Assembly: GCA_024137785.1 (NCBI GenBank)
Contig: JAHRHZ010000144.1
Location: forward strand, 73,486,391 to 73,550,390
Direction of reading: 5' to 3'
DNA: 64,000 bases
From: Ginglymostoma cirratum
Taxonomy: Eukaryota
The notes beneath the pieces are model-generated. The model had not been told where the DNA came from, searched no databases, and saw only the letters and a list, made by a program, of their open reading frames with translations. Below are positions 1 through 10,939 of the stretch, one piece after another. Position 1 is the first letter of the stretch. Every line of letters begins with the position of its first letter. A program made the position numbers and the translations under genes.

Positions 1-271
1 GATCTAACACATGATAACTGAAGTCACCTCGAGCAAGAAGGCTATAAAAGACCCAGAGTTTTAACAACCAATTTGAACAAATAGAAGAATCAATCTAGCT
101 TTAGGTTTAGGTCAGTGAAATGTAGAAAGGAGCTTTCCATGGGGCATTAATACTTCAAGAGGTTAACATGTAGACATAAACTGGGAGACATAACATCATT
201 TGAATCTTCTCAAAATGCTACTGCCTGAAAATACTCCCACAAAGTTAACTTGATACTCTACATAAAAAAAA

Positions 272-400
272 ACAAGATTTGCATTCATCACGCATTTTAC
301 ACAATCTCTGGACACCCTAAGCATTATAACCAATGAAGTTCACTGGAAGCGTAGGCACTGTTGTAACACAAGGAACACAGTATTGACTGTGCATAGACTG
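272..400 (-). mobile_element. Deu-domain SINE (SacSINE1/AmnSINE1-like), 3' fragment
   Basis: gatttgcatt...ccaatgaagttcactggaagcgtaggcactgttgtaac resembles the copies at 48124, 52200 and 62085. Confidence 0.5.
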
Positions 401-1129
401 TACTTATGGAACCTCTAAGCACTTCACAGCAGCAACAAAGCAAATGATATACTTTTTTACATCAGGCAACCTAGTTTGCAACACATGCCTCAAAACGCTG
501 TATGTAATTCCTACTGTAAAAAAGGAAATAGGGACTGCAAATATATAAATGGTTAACAATGTGAGGAATCATTATTCTCATCAGACATGCGAAAGGGATT
601 CAATATAAAAGGTTAATTTTAAATTGTTAGTGCCTTCTGTAGGAGTTGCATTTCCTTCAGCAATCATCTTCTACCCTAATTAAACATATTTATCTTTCTA
701 GTATTCTCAGTTATTTCTTTATTAAATTTTAAGTTTACTGTTAAGAGTTAAAAACCTGACAAGCCATAATAAATTTAATTGTGAATCATCTTAACTGAAG
801 AGACTTTTTTTTAAAATGTTGAGAAATCTTTGAGCATTAAAAGTAACCTAACACACAACTGTGAATTATTAAATTCTTAATACCTGGTACAAAATCCACA
901 GCTTTAAATTTGCAACATCAAACATTCTGAACATTTTTTACACTCTATCCTTCTCTAACCCTCTACAGCCCACCATTAAACGTAAACTGATTTTCCATGA
1001 TTTTGAATGTATTTTATAGGAAATATTACTTTGGTGCATTCCCCAAATATTAGCCAAAGCTCTCCAGCTCACTGTTGAGACTACTATTCATAATATGTAC
1101 AGCTGTGGATATTGGTTAGGCAAAGCTAT

Positions 1130-1240
1130 AAATTTTTCTGAACTAAGGTGGGTTGAGAGAGTTAAGATACAGTTCACTCATAGTCTAACTGAATAACGAG
1201 CAGACTCAAGAAACTGAGTGGCCGATTCTCATTCCATGTT
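1130..1240 (+). mobile_element. CR1 LINE 3' tail, short and decayed
   Basis: Reverse-complement similarity to the 3' UTR at 1641-1720. Confidence 0.45.
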
Positions 1241-1640
1241 CATTCAGTACTGCATGCCAAACTTTCCAGGTTAAAGGTTTTCAACTGATCTTATTTAAAT
1301 TCATTAATACTGAAGGGAAGTATTTGGCTTTGCTCTTTGAGCAGAGAGCTTTGTCTGCTGAGAAAGTACTTCTGGATTTTTGGGTGCATCGTGCATAATT
1401 TCCTACTCGTCTCCCAGAAATTATAAAAGTCACAGAATGTTTCATTGGAAGCTAACATTTCCTAGACACTAGCAAATTGTCAAAATGTCATACAACCAAA
1501 CTTTACTGTCCTGATCAGCAATGCCTTTGAGCATTGAGCTTAATTGACCTTTGAGCAAAGTGCTTAATTGAAAGCTTAGGTGCTGTTCCTCAAGCTGCAA
1601 AACATGCAGCCTAGATGGCAGAAGTTTGTTAGACCAAAAA

Positions 1641-2575
1641 ACCATAAGGCATAGGAGAAGAAATTAGGCCATTCGGCCCATTAAGTCTGCTCCATCATTC
1701 AGTCATGGCTGTTATGTTTCTTAATCCCATTCTCCCTCTTTCTCCCCATAACATTGATCCCCTTGACAATTAAGAACTTATCTATCTCTGTCTTAAATAT
1801 ACTCAATGACCTGTCCTTCACAGCATCCTGTGGATTCACCACTCTCTAGCTAAAGAAGTTTTTCCTCATCTATGTTCTAAAGGGTCTTCCCTTTACTCTA
1901 AGGCTATGCCCTCAGGTCCTAGTCTCTCCTGCTAATAGAAACATCTTCCCAGCGTCCAGGCCATTCATTATTCTGTAAGTTTCAATTAGATACCCCCCTC
2001 ATCCTTCTAAATTCCATTGAGTATAGACCCAGAGTCATCAAACGTTTCTCATATGTTAAGCCTTTCATTCCTGGTATCATTCTCATGAACCTCCTCTGGA
2101 CCGACTCCAGGGCCAATACATCGTTCCTGAGGTATGGAACCCAAAATTGCTCACAATATTCTAAATGTGGTCTGACCAGAACCTTATAAAGTCTCAGAAG
2201 TACATCGCTACTCTTATATTCTAGTCCTCTCGGAATAAATGCCAACGTTGTATTTGCCTTCTTAACAACCGACTCAACCCCCAAGTTTACCTTAAGAGAA
2301 TCCTGGACTAGGACTCCCAAGTCCCTTTGCACTTCAGATTTCTGAATTTTCTCCCCATTTAGAAAATAGTCTGTGCATCTATTCTTCCTACCAAAGTGCA
2401 TGACCTCACGCTTTTCCACGTTGTATTCCATCTGCCACTCTTTTGCCCACTCTCCTAACCTGTCCAAAGCCTTCTGCAGCCTCTCCGTCTCCCCAATACT
2501 ACCTGTTCCTCCACCTATCTTTGTATCGTCTGCAAACTTAGCAAGAATGCCCTCAGTTCCTTCATCTAGATCACT
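1641..2575 (-). mobile_element. CR1-clade LINE, 5'-truncated (ORF2 RT C-terminus + 3' UTR)
   Basis: KFADDTKIGG RT motif at about 2511-2540. ORF 1982-2467 reads WQMEYNVEK...RDLGVLV...LYKVLVRPHLEYCEQFW. Confidence 0.93.
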
Positions 2576-3837
2576 AATTAACTCTCCAATATGGTGAAAA
2601 TGGCAGAAGTGACTTTTCAGGGCAGCCTACCTTCAGACTTGGCTGCTTCCCCAGTTCTTCCAGGGGTCACCTGCTGTGATCTCTAATCCAGCCTCCAGAC
2701 TGGAGAACTGATGTAAAACAGCCATTTTGTCACCCGTCCTGTCATCTAAACTAGCCCCCAGCCTCTGGACCAAATGTCAGAAGTACAGACAGCCATTTAT
2801 AAAGGTTAAATTCATAGAACCAGATATCTTTAACCACTGCACACCCTAGGCAGGAGCAATAAAACCAGCAATACAATGCCTTAATAAGACTTGTGAAGAC
2901 AGGTGCAATCTTGCCTGATTTCGATCACAGCTACTTGAGGAGCAGTACAATACAGTAGGCTGCCTGAACCACCAATCTATTCAGTCTGAGCTGTTTGCCC
3001 CAAACCCTCCTTCATGACAGGTGCATGTACTCCCAGGCCTTGTCAGCAACTCATTTTTAAAGTGGTTTTGAAATATCCCACAGGTCACCTACTTCCCTTC
3101 CTTGGGTGGTCAGTGACACAGCTGCCATTTGATAACTCGCTTTATACCCTGACTTGCTACTTCAAATAGGTGTGGTCATATTCTCCTGGAGAATTCATCC
3201 AGAAACTGCAATGACTTGCGCAAACTCATGAATCTTCTTCAAACAGTGGTCCAAAGTCAAAAAGAACACAGGCTGGAACATTAGGTTTAGAATTATAAAA
3301 AAAACTTTACTATCTTCAGTCCCTGCTTTGATGACAGAGCTATCTTGAATTGCAAGTTTAGTTTATTCCTGTTTTCTTGAAAATGGTGATTTCTGGGTTT
3401 GCAGTCCGAACAGACTGGCTCCCAGTCTTCACATACTTTCTGTCACCAGGCTGTTTGACCAGTAATCACAATTTGATGGTCACAAGTGTGTGGAGAAGAA
3501 ATATGGCTGATAATTTCGACAGTTGACTGGCAAAGATATGAAGAAGCTCAGGCCTCATTGACATTGCCTCAATATATCATGCATCTACAATATACTTCCT
3601 CTTCAACTTGCCTGGAGGGCAGTCAAAGGGGGGGTTCCAATGCTGAGCTGGGCTACAAGCAGGTAGGTAAGACTTGAGATGTGATGTCAAGGGTGGGGTC
3701 CAGTGTTCCCAGAGAATGATTGTACTCACAAAAAATTGGCTCAAAAAAAATGAGTTATATTTTGAAATCACCACTGGGACAAATGGATCAAGTTGCAACC
3801 CAAAATTCAAAAATATGAATGAAGATGAGATACATTA

Positions 3838-4150
3838 CATAACAAAGGAGCTAGTGGAGCAAGGTCAAGGTGAGTGATAATGGGACCAGTAAAGAAACAA
3901 AAGCTGTGTCTGGAGGAGGTGTGAATGTCAGCCTGATGAACAGCTACCATTCTAAAGCAAAAAGAAAAAAAGAAAGCAAAACTAAAACCTGCAAAGAGAA
4001 ACAAAATGGTGGTGAGATTATGATATGAAATTAAACTCAGTGTTGAATTCTGGTGGCTGTAAATAGCCTATTGAGATTCCTTGGACCTTACTTGGAAGAT
4101 GGAAAGATCAACATGAAAGCAATAGAGCACATAGCTGACCAATGAACATT
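3838..4150 (-). mobile_element. Penelope-like element 3' fragment (copy A)
   Basis: Direct-repeat homology to 4692-4945, e.g. tctggaggaggtgtgaatgtcag and aaacctgcaaagagaa. Confidence 0.65.
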
Positions 4151-4494
4151 GAAATGATCTACCATCTACCATGATCTACAAACAGTCAGGCACTCTGCGT
4201 ACAAAGCCCCCATCATTTTGGCAATTTGGCCAACAGAATCCTCCTGGTCTGGTTCTTTTTTCACATTTTATTGTTTTGTATTATCGTTGTAGTGATTTTG
4301 GTCTTCTGTTCATTATAAAACAGCGCCAAATGGTAAATTTACCCATACCATTAAATGTTGACAGTTCAACAATGGTCAAAGTAATATTGGGGTTCAGGTA
4401 CGGCAAAATCACAATGCCAACACATAGGACAAAATCATGGTTTGTGGAAACTTGCGCTGGACCACAAAAACCTGAACACTGAAATGACTGGCAA

Positions 4495-5010
4495 TCTGAA
4501 ATGAAACAGAAAAGCCAGAAATACTTGACCAGTTGACAGTATCTGCAGAGAAAGAAAGAGTTAACATTGCAGGTCAATGACCTCATCAAAACAGCAAAAG
4601 TTAGAAACGTAATCATTTTAAGCAAATGGAAAAGGAAAGGGTTGGAAAAGAACAATAAGTCCTGTGGTGGGGTGAAAGGCAGGCAGACTGAATGACAAAG
4701 GAGTTGGTGGAGCAAGGCCAAGGGAGCAATAACTGGACAAGTGAAGAAACAAAAGATGCTTCTGGAGGAGGTGTGAATGTCAGAACAGTGAACAGCTGCC
4801 ATCCAAAAGCAAAAGCAAGACAGAAACGAGAGTAAAACCGAAACCTGCAAAGAGAAAGGAAACAAAATGGGGGTGAGGTTATAGTCTGAAACTTTTCAAC
4901 TCAAATGTTGAGTCTGGAAGACTGCAAAGTGCTTAATTGAAAGCTTAGGTGCTGTTCCTCAAGCTTAGTATGAGATTCATTTGAAGGCCAAGAACAGAAA
5001 GGTCAATGTA
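4495..5010 (-). mobile_element. Penelope-like element 3' fragment (copy B): GIY-YIG C-terminus + 3' end
   Basis: Minus strand 4966-4904 reads KLEEQHLSFQLSTLQSSRLNI, like the EEQHLIFRLGTLQPxGLN end of vertebrate PLE endonucleases. The typical PLE 3' terminus lies at 4495-4600. Confidence 0.75.
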
Positions 5011-5137
5011 AAATCAAAGTGGAGCATTTGTACTCACCCAGGCTTGATCCCCATGCACAATATACCAGCCAATCATAGTTGTGAGTTCTTATAAGTTAAT
5101 TTAAATCACAATCCACATCGGGGAAAGTTTTTTTAAT

Positions 5138-5735
5138 TATCATTCCCTTGTGGGTTATGGATGTTGCTGGCTGGCCAGCATTTATTGCCTGATCCTAGTT
5201 ACCCTTGAGAAAGTGGTTGGGAGCTGCTGTCTTGAACTGCTGCAGTCACCTAATGTAGGTTGACCTACAATGCCCTTAAGGAGGGAATTCCAAGATTTTG
5301 ATCCAGAGACAGTGAAGGAATGGTGATGTATTTCCAAGTCAGGATGATGAGCAGCTTGGAGGGGAACTTACAGGTGGTGGGGTTTTCATGTATCTGTTAC
5401 ACTTGTCCTTCCAGATGGAAGTGATGGTAAGTTTGGTGGACGAAGTTGATAATTCTGGATGTGGTGCCAATCAAGTGGGCTGCTTTGTTCTGGATGGTGT
5501 TAAGCTTCTTGAGTGTTGTTACAGCTGCACTCATCCTGGCAAGTAGGAAGTATTGAATCACATGCCTGACTTGTGCCTTGTAGACGATGGACAGTCATTG
5601 GGGATCAGGAGGTGTCTTACTTGCTGCAGTATTCAGAGCCTCTGATCTGCTCTTGTACTCACTGTATTTATGTGGCAAGTCCAGTTGAAACTCTGGTCAA
5701 CAGTAACCCCCTAGGACGTTGATGGGGGGGATGCT
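5138..5735 (-). mobile_element. CR1/L2-group LINE 3' fragment (family whose tail is shared with the tRNA-SINE)
   Basis: Homologous to 22125-22430, 23390-23800 and 52545-52870. Contains ggagggaattccaagattttga (SKSWNSLP on the minus strand). Confidence 0.8.
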
Positions 5736-6404
5736 AATCTAATCGTGATGATTGACGGCACATAGCTATGAAAATCACCATGTTTGATGTACAAAATTTT
5801 TAAAGTACTGAATCTTGTTATTTCTGGAGTTAGGACTTTGTGTGGTACATCATGTTTAAGGTGCAAGGTTTGCATGTATGTTCCTCAGCCTGAAACCCCA
5901 TAGCCAGTTATCTCAGTCAACCCAGCATGACACACACACAGATACACATGGACCCAATGGTCTAATCCGTGGCGTCTCTCAACCCTCCACCATCCTGTCA
6001 CCCTGTAATGGAAGGAGAGAAACAGAAGAGGAGAGAGAAAGTACAGAGAAGCAGAGAAAGAGCGCAGAGGTAGCAAGAAAGATAGTCCAGAGAAAGGTAG
6101 AAAAATGTCAGGGCAAACCTGCCAAGCAGAAAAACAGCAAGCAAAAGCCATTTAATAACTGCCCTCCAAGATAGGTGGTTCCATCTCACAGAGCTCCCAG
6201 ACAATCAGAGGCCAACAGTTCTCCAATACCAGCAGCACCATTACAAGTGGTGCTTATGGGTAGTACTGCACCCAGGGCCTGAGGAGGTATTTAGCACTTG
6301 AGTGTAAGTGTTTTGAGGTTGTGCCAGGCCAAAGACCGAGGGTATGCAGGCTTACGTTTTGGGAGGAAGGTGGAATGAAGGGACAGTGATACATTAATTT
6401 TTAG

Positions 6405-6752
6405 GCATTCATGGGATGGGGGCATCACTGGCCAGGCTAGCATTTATTGTTCATCCCTAATTGCCCAGAGGGCAGTAAGACTCAACCACGTTGCAGCGGG
6501 TATGGAGTTACATATAGACCAGACCAGGTAAGGGTGGCAGTTTCCTTCCCTCCTAAAGGACGTTAGTGAACCAGATGGGTTTTTCTGACAATTAACAATT
6601 TCCATCAGTCAATTCTTAATTCCAGATTTTTTGTTATTGAATTCATAATCCACCATCTGCCATGTAAAGACTAAAACCCAGGTTCCTAGAACCTTACCTA
6701 GGGCTTTGGATTAACAGTCCTGTGATAATGCCACAAGGCCATTGCCTCTCCT
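6405..6752 (-). mobile_element. tRNA-derived SINE, near full length
   Basis: Homologous to 36388-36723 and 42695-43035 (shared gtgaaccagatgggttttt core). A-box-like TGGCCTTGTGG at the head. Confidence 0.85.
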
Positions 6753-7467
6753 GTGCAGAACTCCTCATTGAGGAGGGAGTCCCTTGCGTAGCAAACAGCA
6801 CAGGGTAATCTAGAGGGTTGGCTTGGGACTCCCCTGCCTCTAGTAAAATCCAGCAGCCTCCGAAACAGAGGGCACTAACTGCCCACTCAAGGATTTTAAC
6901 TATTCCATTGGCAAGGCAACCCTACCACTGGTAAAACTGTGGTGGGAACACAAGCAGATAGATGGATTATCGACTGCCCACTTGACATGCCCATGCCATC
7001 GAACCTTCTCGATTGCATACAGAACTCATATTCCAGGCTAAGCACTGCCCAGCAACTTTTGAAAAGCTGGCTAAACTACCATGCTCATGTGCACACTCTT
7101 AAGCAATGTATTCCCAAACCAATCCTTGAATACTCCTTAAAGATGCATTATCTCTGACCGTAGCCCGTAAAAAAAATCAACTTTCTTTAAAACAACAATT
7201 TTACCATTGAACGTTGATGATACCAACTGGAGCTGTGGAGAAGTTGTGGAATCAGGGAGTGTAAGGAAATGCAAGTAACTGATAATTGTTAACATAGGAT
7301 GCTACAATGTCTGTCAGTTGTGTTCATTCTCACTGATTTTGCTCTTGCACTAAGTCTCAGTGGTTCCTCCAGTATGGTTCCCTTGCAGATGTCATCTGTT
7401 CTTCCCCCATTCCAGAAAGCAAAAAATATCAACAGAAATAAAGAAAAAGGCTCTCAGCTTAATAATT

Positions 7468-8090
7468 AGAGTCACCGAGTCATAGAGATATACAACACGG
7501 AAACAGACCCTTCGGTCCAACTCATCCATTCAGACCAGATATCCTAAATAAATCTAGTCACATTTGCCAGCATTTGGCGCATATCCCTCTAAATCCCTCC
7601 TATTCATATACCCATCCAGAGGCCTTTTAAATGTTGTAATCGCACCAGGCTTCACCACTTGTTCTGTCAGCTCATTCCATAGACTCATCACCCTCTGCAT
7701 GAAAATGTTGTACCTTAGGTCCCTTTTAAATCTTTCCCCTCTCACCTTAAACCTATGCTGTCTTGTTTTGGACTCCCCCACCCTGGGGAAAAGACTTTGC
7801 GTATTTATCCTATACATGCTTCCCATGATTTTATAAACTTCTATAAGGTCATCCCTTTTCCTCCAATACTCCACGGAAAATAGCCTCAGGCTATTCAGCC
7901 TCTCCCTAAAGCTCAAACTCTCCAAACTTGGCAACATTCTTGTAAATCTTTTCTGAACCCTTTCAAGTTTCACAACATCCTTCCAACAGCAGAGACACCA
8001 GAATTCCATGCAGTACTCCAAAAGTGGCCTAACCAATGTCCTGTACAGTTGCAACATGACCTCCCAACTCCCATTCTCAATGCACTGACC
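7468..8090 (-). mobile_element. CR1 LINE 3' fragment with candidate 7-bp TSD (aataatt 7461-7467 / 8091-8097)
   Basis: ORF 7554-8057 reads LYRTLVRPLLEYCMEFW...LERVQKRFTRML...RVMSLWNEL. The 3' end carries a (gagtcata)-type microsatellite tail. Confidence 0.93.
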
Positions 8091-8985
8091 AATAATTCTT
8101 TGCAGCTGTTTGATCTGTAAAAGGGTAAGGCTCCATCAAAGACTCTTAAGAGTATGGATTTGTTTTCTTGCATTTTTATGCTTGTTTTCTATACTGTACA
8201 TGGCAAACTCCCTAAAAAACTTATTATAATGCTTTGATGAAGCACTGCAACTTCAAAATCAGCATTCAGCAAATAAATAGACCAAAAAGTATACTAAATT
8301 TTACGTAAATTCTAAGAGAATGCATTACTGTACATTTTACATTGGATTACTCTAACTTACAGTAGAATCATGACATTCCATGATTGCAAAACTGTAACTA
8401 ATAAATTGAAATGTATTCTTTTAACATTTGGTATTAACGTATGTTGATCTGAAAATCACAGCTGGAGCTGCATTTTGAGATTTTCTTTTAAGCAAGCCTT
8501 AAACGAAGGTGGCACTGACCTCACTCTGCACCCCTCATTTGTAGATCTTCAATTGACAGGAATTAGTGGCTAAAGAGTTTTTAACATCATTTCACAGAAG
8601 CCAGAACTCAGTGTTAAACAAGACGGTAATGTTGCTTTGCTTTAATTAAACAATAACTGCATTTGCACTACTCCCCAATGTTATTCTTTAATTAAACGCA
8701 ACAAATCAGGTAGGTACAAGATTCATAACACTGACAGCAGAGCTCTTCTACGAATTTGACCTCTGAATTATAGAGCTACATTGGCTCTTGAAGGGTACCA
8801 CCAAATTACATATTTAACAATGGTTGAATCATGGCACATTTAGAACATAAAACATCTGTAGCACATTCCACTGTCTAACCAGCATGTTCAGTTAAATAAA
8901 TTGGAAATAAGAATTTTGTGCATAGACAACCTCACGTACTTTAATGTTTCCAGAGTGAAGATCAAATAGACACTTCAGAAGCCAG

Positions 8986-8991
8986 ACTTAC
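8986..8991 (-). other. ZEB2: 5' splice site GTAAGT of the ZEB2 exon
   Basis: Perfect consensus G|GTAAGT at the position giving 258 nt. Confidence 0.92.
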
Positions 8992-9249
8992 CAGTACTAT
9001 CTATTGAGACTGGTAGTGTCTCCCTGCTATGCCAAGTGTGTTCTGTGCCACAGTCCCTCTTTTCACTTTCCTCGTCCTCCCTTGGCAACAGTACTTGATT
9101 TCCATGTGGGGAAGAATCGTGGTTGGGCATAGTCACTGGACTGGAATCTCTGTCCAGGGCATTAATAATATTGTCATCTTCCGCAATGTGAAGCTTGTCT
9201 TCGTCATCTGTTTCTGAACCCGTATCCACTACATTCTCATAGTTCAAAA
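8992..9249 (-). CDS. ZEB2: Internal coding exon of zinc finger E-box-binding homeobox 2 (equivalent to human coding exon 3, N-terminal acidic region)
   Basis: Translation (V)[85 protein letters not shown](E/D) aligns without gaps to human ZEB2 as I recall it ([61 protein letters not shown]...). Acceptor ttcctttctttttcAG|TT and donor G|GTAAGT. Length 258 nt, phase 1-1. Confidence 0.96.
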
Positions 9250-9275
9250 CTGAAAAAGAAAGGAATTAGAAGATT
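9250..9275 (-). other. ZEB2: 3' splice site (polypyrimidine tract + AG, CTAAT branch-like motif) of the ZEB2 exon
   Basis: Minus strand reads tctaattcctttctttttcag directly before the exon. Confidence 0.9.
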
Positions 9276-10939
9276 ATAGAGTTACAAATATGGACATGAA
9301 AATATTGTTTTTATGAAGTGAGAAGCTGATGGTCAAGTGGCCAAAAAGCTCTACTGTTCCTGTGCTTTCCCAAATTTGGTCCAATCTCACTGTTCAAATT
9401 AATTTCTTTACTCCAGACATCACACCTGGCGTTCCACTTTCTAAATTTTTCAGAACACTCACAAAATATGCCAAATAAGCTTCAAAACACACTTCAAATG
9501 TCAGAATAGTTCAAAAACCAAATTAAGCCAGTCTATTTTGCCACTCAGACCTGATGTATCAGTATTCCTTAAAATAGACAGTTTATAAATAAGTTCTTTG
9601 AACTGAATTGAAGGTGGCTGCTTTTGCATTAGCTTGCCTTCCTAGTCATTCAGGGTGCATGGTAGTACATAAATTGTCCACTTTACCACTAGACAAGAAA
9701 GATTAGAGTAATAAACACAGGGACATTAGTTTAGCTAGAGAAACATACCATCAGTTACACATACACAGACACAACACTGCCAAAATCTGTTTAACCCAGC
9801 TATCAAGAAAAACAAACAGACAGACACACAAAAATACACACAGTAGAATTCAATCTAGATGATAGGGATGCAGTGCCATTGTCACTTTTTGAGAAGTGTT
9901 GGTACACTAAGTGCTAATCTCAGTCTGCCCCAAGATCAAAGACCCCAAGGTGATCTGCCTGCTGAGGGATACTCTTCATTGCTCAGCAACACCACCAGGG
10001 AAGCAGTGGCAGCTGCTGGTAGTGCACCCACCCAAGGCCTGAGGTCACCAAGGAGCTCAAGCCACAGGCAAATGATTGCAGAGGAGTTCATGGGGTGGGG
10101 TTTGCAGAAAAGGGGGAGACTGAGTTGGCAGCAACAGCACAAGGGTAGGTCTCACCAGCCTCATCCCCAATTTCTCATTGCCAGGTTCTTCGGGCAAATA
10201 TCGAGTGCCTCTGAATGAAGGACTCTCTCCCGGAAACCTGCAGGCAACCTCAGCAGGTGTGTCATTCAGGCCTCCTGCATGGTGAATTCCTGACATATTA
10301 TTGAACCAATACCAGCAGGAGCAGGATGAGGCATTTATGTGGGCATTGAGAGTCTGTATACAGGCCTCAGCAGTGCGAGAAGACCACCCACAATCTTTCC
10401 TATCATGGGTTTAGCCTTGTTGGAAGCAGGAAGGTGGCAGAGATGAACGCACAACTCTTTCACATCACCCAACCCGCCATGAAGAAGGTATTCAATTCCA
10501 CCCACGTATGCACACGAGCAGCTCAGTAATATGGACTCTAGCATTATGGGGACAGGAAAGAAGAAAAACATCTCCAGCTAAACCTCAAACAGTTTCAGAT
10601 TCATTTTGATTCATTTTGATTCCTGTGCTCTTAATAAATAAATCCTTAAGTTTTATCCATTGAACTATCTCAAGTAGCTCTTGCCAGCTATCAGACTATA
10701 CAGGAGTGACAAGAATAGTCTTGTGCTTGTATCAGGTTTTCAAGTCCCTTCTCATGAATTTGTGAAACATTGAAATTTATAATCCTTGCTCTCCAAGCCT
10801 TCATATCAGCTTCTTTTTCTGCTTCCGGAAGATTTGCTGCTTACTGTTTTGTTAAGAACAGTAACAAAAGTAGTTTCTTATAGATATATGTGTATGTATG
10901 TATGTTAGCTGAGACAAAAAGATTACACTATGCATATCT

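Larger units (their letters stand above)
1..8991 (-). other. ZEB2: Downstream intron of ZEB2 (intron 3 equivalent), partial
   Basis: Follows the donor. The next small exon was not recognised by eye. Confidence 0.65.

Noticed and set aside
1606-1621. CTCF site (cctagatggcag)
   Set aside because: Only the 3' part of the core matches.
4281-4865. Longest ORF (194 aa), hydrophobic and membrane-protein-like
   Set aside because: It overlaps a Penelope 3' region. The hydrophobicity comes from T-rich low complexity and there is no recognisable domain.
5031-5110. Strong minus-strand donor (G|GTGAGTA) as the next ZEB2 exon
   Set aside because: The upstream translation does not resemble ZEB2 and I saw no matching acceptor.
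5878-6174. K/E/R-rich ORF
   Set aside because: A by-product of the purine-rich tract, with no splice or homology support.
8975-9247. ORF-track entry as a standalone 90-aa gene, or as ZEB1
   Set aside because: The listed start is a TTG inside an exon and the tail GKSGF is intron read-through. The residues [10 protein letters not shown] and HIAEDD match ZEB2 rather than ZEB1.
9859-10571. Cluster of overlapping ORFs in GC-richer sequence (similar patches at about 6770-7060, 19500-19770 and 21620-22060)
   Set aside because: No protein motifs. These are probably unclassified interspersed repeats that I cannot name.
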